Positions 1-12,467 of a DNA stretch of 64,000 nt are shown in pieces. This DNA comes from Gracilinanus agilis (Eukaryota): positions 511,488,811 to 511,552,810 of the forward strand of contig NC_058132.1 of assembly GCF_016433145.1 (NCBI RefSeq), in the 5' to 3' direction. The notes below the pieces were generated by a model. That model saw only the letters and a program-made list of their open reading frames with translations. It did no database searches and was not told the origin of the DNA. The translations under genes and the position numbers were made by a program. Every line of letters begins with the position of its first letter. Within the stretch, counting starts at the first letter, position 1.

Positions 1-1444
1 TCTCATATCAGAAGTTTATTTACAAAATAGAGTGGAAACAATAATGTAGAGAAATGTGAGAGAGGTTAGAGAAAATACCTATACTAGTCCTGTAATGGAG
101 AAATAGGCTTTAAGAGTAGGAAAAGAAAATTTAGCAGTTAAAAATTCCAACCTGGAACACAGCAAGGGATTGAACAGAGAAAACTCTTTCTAAGGGCATT
201 TGGGTTTTAAAGGAGTTGGAGAAGTCATAGCCACTGACCAGAGAGCCTGTGGATTTGGGTATCTCTGTGCTTTGAGCATCATTTCAAAAGCAACATCTCA
301 ACTACCAAGATCTAGAAGAGCAGGTTGAGAATAGCTGTCTTGTTGGTGGACAAGCAAGATCAGTCTCCCTGACTTCTCTGAGCATTTATTTGACTGGTTA
401 CCTGTGCTCTTGAGCTACTGATCAAGAACATCTGTGTGAGATCCCATTATTCCCTTGTGTCCTAGCTGCCTGCCATAGTGTTAGTGTAGGGATTACCCAG
501 ACCTTTAACCTTGAATGTATCCCATAGGTGTTATATATAGTCTGTCTATAGTTATTTAGGGTAGGGTGACCTCTCCCCACATCTTTTACCCTTAAATTAG
601 CTATTAAACTGTGTTTTTGTAACTTCCTCCTGTTTCATTTAATGAACCCAAAGGGCTCACTGTCATTTAATAGGAGGAAATCCCTGGCTCAGTTGGGCTA
701 AAGTGACAGGTGACAGTTGTTTCCCAACTGTTACCATCTATTCCCCACTCCTGTATTTGTGAGTTTGGTGAGATTTTTAGTGTGTTACTTACTGTGTGTC
801 AAGCAATGGCCCTTCATTCCTCCTTCATCCCTTTTCCCCCCTAGAAACCCATGTGTTTATTTACCTACTTCAGTCCTCAGCCAGAAGGGCCAGTAATGAG
901 TAACTATGAGGCCTCCTCCAAGATGGAAGCTAGTCTCTTAGGAAACTATGAAAGTAGTCAGCCCTCTTCTCTCACCCAATGAAGTAGTCCAGGAGTCAGA
1001 ATCCAAGTTGATGCCAGGATCTAAGCCACAGTCTCTAGTAAAGTTGTCTTGAAGACTATCTCCAGGAGACACTCTCCATGAGATTCAACTTCACCAAACT
1101 GACTGCTCAGGGATATTGTGGCTTTTATGGTGGTTTCCTGTTTTAGCCCCTCTTCACAGGGGCCAATCAGTTTCCAAATTGTCTAGCACTGCCCAGGAGC
1201 AGTGTCTGTGGGACTGAGTTGTCACCTCTAGAGGTGTTAATTCTCTTCCTAGTATTCACATGTTTCTGAGCTGTCATTCAGTCTGGATTTGCATGTTACT
1301 GAGTTAGCACTGGGTTACAGTTTTCCTTTGGAGGTGAAAACTCCTGTAGTAAGAATTTCCCCTATTTTAGAGTTAAGTATGGGTGTATTCCCTTTTTTTG
1401 ATTAATTTAAAAGTAGACAAAGGAGAGTTAATCCTGTCCTCACA
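1..1444 (-). mobile_element. ERV LTR complex: a minus-strand LTR running off the window start, probably with a second LTR-like piece nested at ~330-870
   Basis: The minus strand starts TGTGAGGACAGGATTAAC (1444) and has CCAAT-like CTGATTGGC and TATA-like CATAAAAG motifs. AATAAA lies on the minus strand at 16-21. The middle part has a plus-strand ATTAAA (604-609) and a U5-like ending. Internal boundaries are not resolved. Confidence 0.6.
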
Positions 1445-2029
1445 GTCTAGTGAGGTACTAATTAGGGGCATTTAAGTTATTGTTTCAGAATAGACAGAGA
1501 ACCAAGAATTTCCTTTCACAGGGGCCCAGACCTTCACTTCAGCCAAACACTATTGGGAAGTGGGAGTCTAAAGATTCAGTCAGGAGAAAAGGCTAAGTCT
1601 CCACATTATCTGAGGATGTACCGATCATAGTAAGCTTCAGATATGGAAATCATTGCTTTCTCTGGAATTCTCAAGATGGCCTTCATCTGTGCCAGCATAT
1701 AGAGAAAGTGGGTATTTTTCTGAATTATGATAAAGATATATAGCATTTTATGATGTCATAAATAGAACCTTAATTTCTAGTTTCTCAGACATAACCTTTG
1801 AAGGGCGGCCCCTTTGCCCTTACTTCTCTCTTTGCTGTCCTAATGGAGAAAGTACTCCTAGGTCACTCATCATATGCCCCAGGAGTAATCACTAGAAGGT
1901 TAGCAATTATGCTAATTAATATTGGAAATTCTCAGTCAGAAGTGAATGACAATGACTTCAAAACAAGTTTCTCTTCATTTGAACTCATGTTAAAATGAAC
2001 AATATGTTATATTATCAAATCTTATGAGA

Positions 2030-2665
2030 ATAAAATCTGAACAGGTTGTGGTATATGATTGTATGAAATACTGTCATGCCATAAGAAATGAAAATGAAGA
2101 TGACTAAAAAAAAACTGGAAAGATTTGTATAAAGTGATGCAAAGTGAAGAGAGCAGAACCAGGAGAATAATGTATATAATAACATTTAATGTAACATGAA
2201 CAACTTAGAATGACTTAAATACTATCAACAAGACAAATGATCCAGGACAACTCCAAGCGTCTAATGATGAAAAAGGATTTTCACTGCCACAGAAGGAATC
2301 CATGGGGTCTGAATGCAGATTGAAACATCCCATTCTTCACTTTATTACCTCAATGAATTCTTCTTTGTATGTAAGTGTGTAAGCATTCAGTGTCTTTTTT
2401 TTACAACATGATGAACAAGGACATATGTACTTCATTATAATTTATACAACCTCTATCTTGCTACCTGTCTTCTTGGGGAAGGGTGTTAGAGAAGGGGATT
2501 AAAAGAATGTGATAAAGATTTTTGGGTAGCTAATGTGAGATTTTGTTTCCCTTGGATAAACATATTTATTAGCATTTATTATATATTTACAATAAATCAT
2601 GTATTATTTCATTTTTATGTTATATATAAAAATTAAAAACAAGTGTTAATTAAAAAAGAATAAAG
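2030..2665 (+). mobile_element. L1 3' fragment (ORF2 C-terminus and 3' UTR)
   Basis: Contains the L1 ORF2 end motifs TTGTGGTATATGATTGTATGAAATACT and GATGCAAAGTGAAGAGAGCAGAACCAGGAGA, followed by a G-rich 3' UTR and an A-rich tail. Confidence 0.85.
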
Positions 2666-2684
2666 TTCCTTTTGTTGATACTTA

Positions 2685-3105
2685 GAGCAGAAGAAGGAGG
2701 AAGATATGGGGGCAGGGGTGAGTGGGAGAGAAGAAGTAGGAGGAGAAGGATGAGGGGAGGATGTGGAAGGGAAGGAACAGAGGTAGGGGGAGGAGTTGGT
2801 GGAAGAGGGGAGGAGAAGAAGAAGGAGGAAGAGGAGGAAAGAGAAGAAGGGAAAAGTTGTAGGAGAAGGAGATGGGGAAGGGAAGAATGTGAAGAAGGAG
2901 GAAGAATGTAGGAAGAGGAGAAGGGGGAGGAGGAGGAAAAGAATGAAAAGGGTGAAGGAGAAGAGGGGGAGAAGGTGAATGGGGAAGAAGAGGGGAGGAA
3001 GTGGTTAGGGGTGGCAGAAAAAGAACTGGTAGAGAAGGACTGAGGGAAGAAAAAAGAGGCAAAAACTTTCAAGTAGAAAAGGAAAGAGGATGATGAAAGA
3101 ATGCT
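2685..3105. repeat. GA-rich polypurine low-complexity tract
   Basis: About 420 bp of nearly pure G/A; it produces the spurious ORFs at 2650-3108. Confidence 0.9.
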
Positions 3106-3774
3106 CATGAATGAATGAATGAGAGAATGATTCTCTTAGATAAAGTTCTAGGGATACAGATATTGAAAGTTGATGGCAGGATTTGGGAGAGGTGGCAACT
3201 TTTTAGGCTGATACTTTTTATGATTATTTTTGTTTCCCTTTCTGATTTTCTCAGAATGCAGGGGAGGGGAGGTGGGTGTTCTTAAAGCAGCTTCTGGTTT
3301 CCTTTTGGAAAGTCATCTGTGATGCTCAAGAATGTCTCCTTAGGGAGCTTTACATCCTGGGACTATAAAAGGCTTCCTTCAAAACTGGTCTGGGTTAGGC
3401 CTTAATTGCCTTAAGCCATGAGAAGCACATCCCCTTTCACTGCTAACAACTAACAATAAAAAATCCGTGGCAGTCCTTGGCAGGCCAGGGTACAAGTCTG
3501 AGACCACAGTGATGGGTGGAGTGAATGGAGAGGGAAAATCTTTGTATTTCTAATGCTTGCGGTAATAGTCCCAAGTGATGATTCAGAAGTGTATGTTGGC
3601 CTTCCAGAGAGCTGGTTGGCAGATAGGGAATGCATATTTAGTACACAGAATGTCATCAGTAGCCAAATGTCCTCTTTCCTCTTCAGAAATGAATAATTAA
3701 GATTCCTTCTCCCTGCCCCAAGAAGTTGAGAATCTATTACAGTTCTGGACACTTTAAAGCATAGTTTCTTACCC

Positions 3775-3955
3775 TTTTTAGTGCCCCTTGGCATTCAGGC
3801 AATGCCTATAAACTTTCAGAATGATGTTTTTAAAACCATGAAATAAAATGCATAGAATTACAAAGAAAATGCAAAGAAAACCAGTTATGATTAAATTCAA
3901 TTATTAAGTTAAAAAAAAAAACTTCATTGGTCTGTCATTTGAAAACCCCTTTGGT
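3775..3955 (+). mobile_element. Non-autonomous hAT/Charlie-like DNA transposon fragment
   Basis: GCCCCTTGGCA...CCTAT...CAGAATGATGTTTTTAAA...AAATAAAATGCATAGAATTACAAAG resembles mammalian Charlie-type MER elements as I recall them; exact family not assigned. Confidence 0.55.
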
Positions 3956-6900
3956 TAAAAAGGGAAATTATTGTTTTGTTCTTAGGGCTCTTTAATCTAC
4001 ATGATAATTCCCTTGTTTTAAGTCTTTTAGGATTTCCTTTTGCCAGTCTGTGAAATAGATGGAGAGGACAATAGTTTTTAACTCTGCTTTCTCAGGTCCT
4101 CCTTTCCCCTCCCCTCCCTTTCCCCTTTCATTAGTAGCTTGATTTTGTCTGCCTTCCTCCTTATCCTTCCTTTCCCTCTCTGAGGAAAGAATTATTCTGA
4201 AATGTAAGTGGTACAGTCCTCTTCTAGGGAGTGTGAATGGTAATTGGAATATTGCTTTGGACACTTACTGTGCAGGATTTTATTTTAAATTGGCCAGTTG
4301 GACCTGTTCAGTGATATTGGAGCTGTAGAGTGGCTTCCAATGAAGGCAAAGGTGGGACTTGATCACTGAAAAATTATGTAAGCAAAAAGAAAGAACACTT
4401 TACCTTGGATCTATTTCCAGCTATGGGGAGCCTTCCTACTTTCATTCACTCTTCCCTCCAAAAGATATTTTTATTCCTTCACCAGAGAGGGAATTTCTCA
4501 GCTCCTCTCTTAAATTTACTCAGGAGTTTTACATTTTTCTGGGGGGCCTTTCTGGTGAAAGAATCCTGCTTCAGAAAAATCTGAGATGATGGTATATCTC
4601 ATTCAGATTTGTATATAATCTCACATTTGTTCCTACCATGCCAGGCCTGGGTTCCCTTTGGGATCTTCCAACAACTTTTTTGCTGTTGTTTTGCTTTTTT
4701 GTTGTTGGTTTTATGATTTGAAACTCTATGTTTGAACATGTGTGCATGAGAGCATGCATGTGCCTATGTGTGTTTGTGAATATTTCTATTTGAATATGTT
4801 CATGCATTCTGGAAAAATCTTTCTTAAAGGGATTACTTATAGATATTCTGACATATTTTATTTTTCCAGGAATTGTTGGTTTTGGTATTGTAAGATAGAG
4901 GTAAAATGAAATTTGCTTATTTATATATAATAATGTGATATATATATATATACATATATATGTAAATAATGCAATATATTTCTATATAATAATGTAGCAA
5001 CTGTAATATATACAGTAACATAGTTATATAATTTGTTTATATATAATAATGTAGCAGCAATGTAATACAGTTATATATAATAATGTAATCTATACTTATA
5101 TATAATGTAATCTATGTTTACATACATAATAATGTAATAAATATTATTAGTGTTCCAAATAGTTGCAAAGTTTCTAAGCCATATTTAAAGAGTCAGGAAG
5201 CATACTCTGGAGGAGCTTGTCACTTAAGAGCCAAATTCTCTTTTCAACTAAATATGGACAGGTCTGTTTGCACCTCCATAGCCAGAGTTTAGGAGTTCAA
5301 TTGTTCTATTAACCCCTTGTAGCCAGCTACAAATAATGACTTCCTAGTATCAGTCAATTAATTAACAAACAGTTAAGGGTTCTGCCTAAGGAAACCCTTG
5401 AGAATGTGTGTCTTGGTGGCCTAGGTCTCTCCTTTGTACTTTTCTAACCCCTTCTATCTGAGCTCAAAGCATTTCCACTTTTCAATCTGTGAACTGATTA
5501 ATCGCCACAACTATCTCAAGAAGTAGAGAGGGGATCCATTATCTCCTCTTTCCATATAAAGAAGATTTAAAAGATTTGTCCCTGGTCATTGGAAAATGAG
5601 CTGCAAATCCAGAAAAGAATCCCTTCAAGAAGCCCACCCCGGATATCTTATTCCCTGGGCAATATTGCTTTCTACTCATTTGTGTAAAGTTAACAAGTGC
5701 AATGGGAAATTATTCAACTGTAATGAAGGGCTTACTGTCCAAGGGATTTAACTTAGCTGCTGAGAGGACATTTAAAAATGCATGCCTTAAAAAACAATAT
5801 AATTAAATGCATTTGCATGCTTTTCCTTACTGAGTATGTTGACCTGAGAAAAATTAATTTAGCCACATTCAAGCAATTTGTACATCATGGACAAATCATT
5901 TAATATATTCATGTTTCTGAACCATGAAAACAATTATTTCCCCCTTTTTGTTAGAGTTTTGAAAACATCATACAAACAGTCTAACTCTCTTCTTTTCACA
6001 TAGAAAACTGAAGTAAAAGTTAAGTAACCCGGAGAGGCATAGATGATTCAATAGACACTACCAGAAATTAGAACTCAGGTGGCCTGCCTCCAAATGTAAG
6101 GTTTATGTTATTTTGATTATTGGTTGTATTATTATGATGCTTCAAAGTCCGGGTTTGCTTTTAGAGTGTCATATTTATTAAGAAATATTTATGTGGTGGT
6201 GAGGATGTCTCTGAAGGGTAGAGTGGTGAAATCTTCCAAGTACCAATATGGAGAAAACTCTAAAAGTGTTTCATTCAGAATGAAGTTATGCTTTTCCTCT
6301 TACTGGAATGTAACCCTAAAAAGATTGCAGATCATTTTTTGTCAGTTCTACTTCCACTTCAATTAGCATTATCAGTTTGGAGGGGTTTATCTTAATTTTT
6401 GAGTGTTAATTGTCCTTGAATCTCAACAGTGTTGCTCCATGTTTCTCCATTCCAGGCCACCCAGTGAACTAATAAACAATCCCTTAAATAGATTGGGGGC
6501 GGGGGGGGGGGGGAAGTGGGGGGAAGAGTTCACTATAAAGAGACCCCAGGGCAAGCCCTTTGGTGAATAAGAATCCTTTGGAAATGCAAAAGCATTCTTT
6601 GAATTCCAGGTTCCAACCTCCAAAGGACAGAGATGGCATCAACTTCAGTTGCACAGATGAAAGTGATAGTGGCTCACATCTGGATCTGGAAGGGACTTCA
6701 GGAGTCATAGAGTCTAAGTCTAATCCCCTGGGTTTATAGACTCAGAAAATGGAGTTTAAGGAAGTTAAGTGTCAGAGATGAGAATTGGACCCAGTTCCTC
6801 AAATGCTTTCCACTGTACCACACTGCCCTGGTTCCCTCCCTTAATCTCGAAGTCCCATAAGTACTCACCAGTCAGCTATTAACTATGTACCTCGTTTTAG

Positions 6901-9128
6901 CAGTATATTATAGTACACCAGCCATATGTCTACAATGAATAGCATGCCCATATGTAGCAAAGGGGTTAGCATAATTCTGGGCACCTAGAATCTGGAGCTC
7001 ACTTCTTGCTCTGATCCTCAACTATATGTATTTAAAAGTGAGAATGTTAACTGCTCAGGATGATTATGATGCTGAAAGGTAAGAGTCACTCTTGTGGGGG
7101 GGAGAGAAAAATATTGTTATTATTGTTGTTGTTTGAGTTATTTTTTGAGTTGATTATTAAGGAAAAAGTGGGCATTTTTTATTTGGAAAATTGGAATCAA
7201 TAAGTGACATTTTCCATTTATCATGCATTTAACTTCTGAAACATAATAAATAGTTCAACTGATAATTATCAAACTTGAGTGTTCATGGAAGAAACACCCC
7301 CTTCATAAATCTTAAAAATTATGACACTTAGAAAGTGAGTCACATCTCATAGTTTGGAAATCATTATAAACATTTATTGACTGTTGGAATTTGACAAATA
7401 GAGAATAGAAATGTCACTTCTTTCATTAACATTATGAAAATTAGACCCCTCTCCCCAATCCTGTCAAGTTTGCTATTCCTTTTGATGAATTGTGTCCATT
7501 ATTTCCAATGAAATAGGTGCACAAATAGATGTAAAAATGAATAATGACAACATTTCATTTCTATGGAATTGCATTCATTCAGTGCTTTATATGATAGCTC
7601 ATCTTTAGGCATGTATTTATGCAACAAAATAATGGGTTTCTCAAAAAAATATTACTTTTCTAGAGGTATCTTCCTCATCTAAAATATAGTTATGTGCAAA
7701 TGGGAAGACTTTTTTCATTAGCAATTAACCTGTTTCCCATCAAGGAAGAACTTGCTCAGTTGTTGAGACCCTTTATATACTTGTACTTTGAAGTATGGTA
7801 ATTGTTACCTTATTTCTTACTCATCTCACCTAAGACTTGCTCCTCTCTACCACCAAGTAATTGGTATGCTTATTTAAGAAGTTTTTACATATCAGATGTA
7901 GATGAGTTGGGGACTTCTTCATCTGGTCTATACTGCATTTCTGCATAAAATAATAGATGACAAGTCTTTTCTCTATTCATTGTGACTAAAAATAATAACT
8001 AATAACTAATGCTAATGGGATTAAGAGTCAAGCATGTAGTCTATAGTGCTTGCTCAGTTTCTTTGCCTCTATCGTACTATCCCTTGACCCTGTTATACTG
8101 ACATTTATAAAGATCTCTAAGATTTGTAAAGTGCCTCACAGGCTCTTATGCTCTTCTTTGAGCCTTCTAAACACTTTGAGATAACTATTACATGAATCAA
8201 CATTAAAAAGTGAAGTAAATTTGCCCATGGTAATTCAGCTAAGAAAATCCAAATGCAAGATTTCAATTTAAGTCTTCTTGGCTCCTGGTCTGATACTTTT
8301 AGACCCCATAACTCGTGTCTCCAATTCCCAAGAATGTACTCAAATGGAGAGGAATCCTATGTTTTTTTTAATCCTATATTTAAATTCATAATCAATAATG
8401 AGTATAGTGGGATATGACATTCTCTATGTCTTTTAGTCAATTATGAAATGGTAAAGATGTGGTCTAGGGCATCTAGGTAGTATAGTGGCTAGAGTGCTGA
8501 CTTTGGAGCATAAGAGTTCTGGCATAAGAGTTTACAATCAAAATAAATATGTTCAACCCCCTTCAGTTCAATCAATTACATCCCAAAGTTCATTCTGGAT
8601 CTTCTGATGCAGCGTAAGTTTCTTTATGGCACTTTCTCCAAATAGTTCATTCTCTTGATTCGAGGATTTAGCAAGCTTCTTTTCCCGAAATTTCTCTCAA
8701 AATATTTTAAATCTTGGATTTTACAAAAATTATACACTACTCTTGGTCACATCCCACCCTCTTTAAACATTGGGATCATAGAATATAAAATGATATACCC
8801 AGAACTAATAGGAATTTCAGTAACCATTTTTCCAACACTCTCATTTTATAAATGATGATATTACCATTACTGGAGGTTAAGTGACTTTCCCAAAGTCAGA
8901 GGCATATTAAGTTTTAGAGGTATGATTTGGACCCAGATCTATTAATTCCAGAGAGAGTGTTTTGATGTTTTGCTCTCTTTCAGATATCTCGTAAACTGTA
9001 ATGATTGAAATTCTCAAGAGGCACTATTTCATAATTTTAGGTTAATTTCTTAATTGACCACTAAAAACAAAATAAAATAGTCAGTAGACTCCCATCACAA
9101 TCCTAATGCAATGAAAGTGAAGATCAGG

Positions 9129-9550
9129 TGTTAAGATTAAAATTCTCTGGAGACTATATCTTATTTTACATGTATTTATTAAAGAATTTTTAAAGTAGGT
9201 CAGAGAAAGAATAGGCACTAGTCACATTTGGCTGGCTATTGCCTTCACAAGCCTCCTCCCCTAGCCAGTGCTTGCTGGTACTTTCCTGAATGGCTTCCCC
9301 TAGTCAGCTCTGTGGTCACACTACAGGACTGACCCAGGGCCACCTCTCTCTGTGGTTCTGAGGGGAAAAAAAAGAGACAGCTACTTCCTTTCCCTGAGTC
9401 CCATTTATGGTACTTGTGATGTCACTTTTCTGGGTCCCTCTAATGTAGAGGACTCTGACCTCAGCCTGGATAAAAGTTAAGTGTCTTCTTCTTGGCACCA
9501 AAGAGGTGCCAAGAAGGGAGCCAAGAGACCTCTGGCATTCCCCCCAGTGT
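9129..9550 (-). mobile_element. Solo LTR, related to the outer LTR at 25039-26489
   Basis: The minus strand shares AGAAAAGTGACATCAC, CCAGCCA.AT.TG.CT.GTGCCT.TTCTTTCTCT and TCCAGAGA.TTTTAAT with the 25-26 kb LTR, has AATAAA, and ends ...TTAACA. No clear TSD. Confidence 0.7.
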
Positions 9551-10624
9551 ACACATGCTGTGTATATCCCACTATTTTAAGTAGTTTGTTGCCTGATGAG
9601 CATCAGCCTTGCTCTTAATTCAATCAAAAGGTGGTGTTGAATTGCAAGTTCATTCAGAGAATGGGCTATTTTCAAACTCAATATGAAACTTTTCCCTTTT
9701 AAACTTTAAAGTACCAAGAAAAAGGGTATGGGCCAGTGTTCATTTCTCACACAGGGCAAAAGAGAGCCAGGGCCAAAAAGCCCTAACCATTGGAAGAAAG
9801 ATGTCCAGGCAAAAAAGAGCAACTGGGCAAGAAAGCTCCACTTCCTATCACACACACTGATATAGATTACTTGTGACTTTATCACTCAGCCCCTCAGGAG
9901 GAAGACAACATGCTCCTTCCTCCCTGCCATGGGGTTGGGTCAATCCAACACTGCTGCCCAATTCACTCTCAGAGTTCACTATACTTTCCAACATGGTGGT
10001 AGAGCTTTCTGACTTCCTCTACCTAAGAGAATTCTTGTTTACAAATAAATAAGAGGCAGGTCTTCATCCTGCCTCTCACAAAAGCCAGGCCAGTGAGATA
10101 CTCTGAGCCATGGAAATAAACTACTTGGAAGCTTGCTGACTTCAAAGGAGTCACATAAAAATCATTATAATTCAACATTAATTTCCTACAAAATCAATCC
10201 CTCAAAATCTTCATAATTCTATTGTCTCCAACATATTTTACTGATATACACTTGTTCTAATCAAGCTACTTTCCTCTCTTTATCCTCATTTGTGATATTT
10301 CTACATCTTTTTAAAGTATACCTTAGACTTTGATTTAGTGTCTAACTGTGTGGTTCTCTGGTCCTTGCTAGCAAAATGTTTGTTGTAAACACCTTTGCAG
10401 ATCTTTTCTATTTTCTGCTTATTGTCCATCCATTTCCATCCTTGAACACCCTCTGAAATTTTGTTTAATTGAGTCTCACTCCAAGCTTTCTTTAAAATGC
10501 TTTTTTCCCCCTTCTGCTTTTTGGTGAAGGTGAGAAGGCTACATCACCCAATAAAAAGAACAAAATTAAAGTCACTAAAATTAAAAAAAAAACAACAGAT
10601 AGAGAAACAGAGATAGAGGCAGAA

Positions 10625-10835
10625 AGAAAAAGAGAGTATTTATTAAACACTTATTATATGACCTAGTAGTACTGGCCTAGGCAAAAACAAATATGAACAA
10701 AGAAAACAGTCCCTATCCAAAAGAAGCTTATATTCTAAGAAGGAAAGATAACACATAAAAGAGTGCTAAAAATGTTACAGAGTATTTGTTGGGCAGGGAA
10801 TAGAGGGAGACAAGATCAAAAGGCTTTAAAAAAAG
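10625..10835 (-). mobile_element. L2 3' end fragment
   Basis: ATTTATTAAACACTTATTATATG...CAGTCCCTATCCAAAAGAAGCTTATATTCTAA is the reverse complement of the L2 tail. Confidence 0.7.
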
Positions 10836-10846
10836 AGATGAGCAGA

Positions 10847-11035
10847 GGGCAGCTGGGTGGCTCAGTGGATTGAGTAGTCAGGTCCAGAGATGGGAGGTCC
10901 TAAGTTCAAATTTTATCTCAGACCCTTCCTAGCTGTGTGACCCTGGGCAATTTTCTAGCCCTTACCATTATTCTGCCTTAGAACCAATATCCAATATTGA
11001 TTCTAAGATGGAAGGTAAGGGTTAAAAAAAAATAA
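10847..11035 (+). mobile_element. SINE1_Mdo-type tRNA-derived SINE
   Basis: GGGCAGCTGGGTGGCTCAGTGGATTGAG head, box B GTTCAAAT, core CTAGCTGTGTGACCCTGGGCAA, tail AAGATGGAAGGTAAGGGTT-poly(A). Confidence 0.92.
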
Positions 11036-12014
11036 AGAAGAGCTAGGAGACTTAAAGTGAAGTTTAAATTTCCAGTGAGAGAAATTATTGGAGAGTAAGA
11101 TCATGGAAAGAATATATCAGGGAGTAACTTAGAGGTTTGTGCTGGGGTAAGATAAGGTATGATAATTACCGATTAATGATATTCCACTAGTACACTCTCG
11201 ACGTGAGATTAAAGCCCAGAAAACCATCCAATGACTATATTATAGGACATAGACTTAGGATGGCAAACGCAGAATAAGATCTGTAAGATCTGTACTTATT
11301 AAAGGTGAATTCAATGAAATCACAGATAAAGACATTTGCATATTTTGAATAAATAGTCGAAGTTGTCATTTAAGTTCCTCTCTCTTCTCTGTCTCTCTCC
11401 AAATATATATTTCTTCTTAAATAGGCTACAGGTGGTAAATCAACATTAAAGAGCCTTTTTTTTTTTAAATGAAGCAGGTACTAAGCCTAGATAGACTCAG
11501 CTAACATATCTATTGCAAAATCTAGTTAAATATTTAGAAACCAGTTTCTACTACAAAGTTTCTGCTACAATAGGATTTTTCCCACTGGACCCTAGCTTGG
11601 TGGATTACATGGTTAAAACAGATTTTTTTAGATCACATATAAAAAATTATTAATACTAGTTGGAAGAATTTTTTTGTCTACTCATTCCTACCTCCTCTAT
11701 CTTCTTCCTTCCTTCTTTCCATCCCTCAATTTTTCCTTCCTTCCCCTTTCCCTTCTCTTTTTCTTTTCCTTCCATACTTACAAGTTTGACTCAAACTTAC
11801 AAGACTGCGTGTATGTTGGTAATAGATCTGGAAAGATGTTTTTCTTCCTTATAATCAGATTCAAGAAGTGAAATGTATATGTGTATGTGTCTGTGTGTGT
11901 ATGTGTATTGTGCATGTGTGGTGAGGGTTCATTTGAGATAATGTCCCAAAAGGAAACACGGATCTCCTTAAATTTTCCAGTATGTAAAATGACTCTTCCC
12001 TGTTTATATTTTTT

Positions 12015-12467
12015 AACTTTATTTATTTAATTGATTAATTTAGAATATTTTTCCATAGTTACATGATTCATGTTCTTTCCCTTCCCTCCTCTCCCCTACC
12101 CCCCCATAGCCTATGAGCAATTCCACTGGGTTTTACGTATATCATTGATCAAGACCTATTTCCATATTATTAATGTTTGTAATAAGGGGATCATTTAAAG
12201 TCTACATCCCCAAAAATATCCCCATCAAACCATGTGATCAAGCAGTTGTTTTTCTTCTGTGTTTCTACTCCTACAATTCTTTCTCTGGATGTGGATAGTG
12301 TTCTTTCTCGTAAGTCCCTCAGAATTGTCCTGGATCATTTGTCACATTGCTGCTAGTACAGAAGTCCATTATGTTCAATTGTGCCACAGTGTAACCGTCT
12401 CTGTATAAAATGTTCTCTTGGTTTTGTTCCTTTTGCTCTGCATCAATTCCTGGAGGTCATTCCAGTT
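12015..12467 (-). mobile_element. Young opossum-type L1, 5'-truncated, with TSD
   Basis: Antisense L1 3' UTR flanked by the TSD CCTGTTTAYATTTTT (11999-12013 / 12468-12482). Confidence 0.93.

Noticed and set aside
2650-3108. Several overlapping 60-152 aa ORFs (S/P/F-rich or E/G/R/K-rich)
   Set aside because: They are translations of a GA-rich low-complexity tract.
6495-6525. G-run that could form a G-quadruplex
   Set aside because: An isolated poly-G tract with no supporting context; such runs are common.
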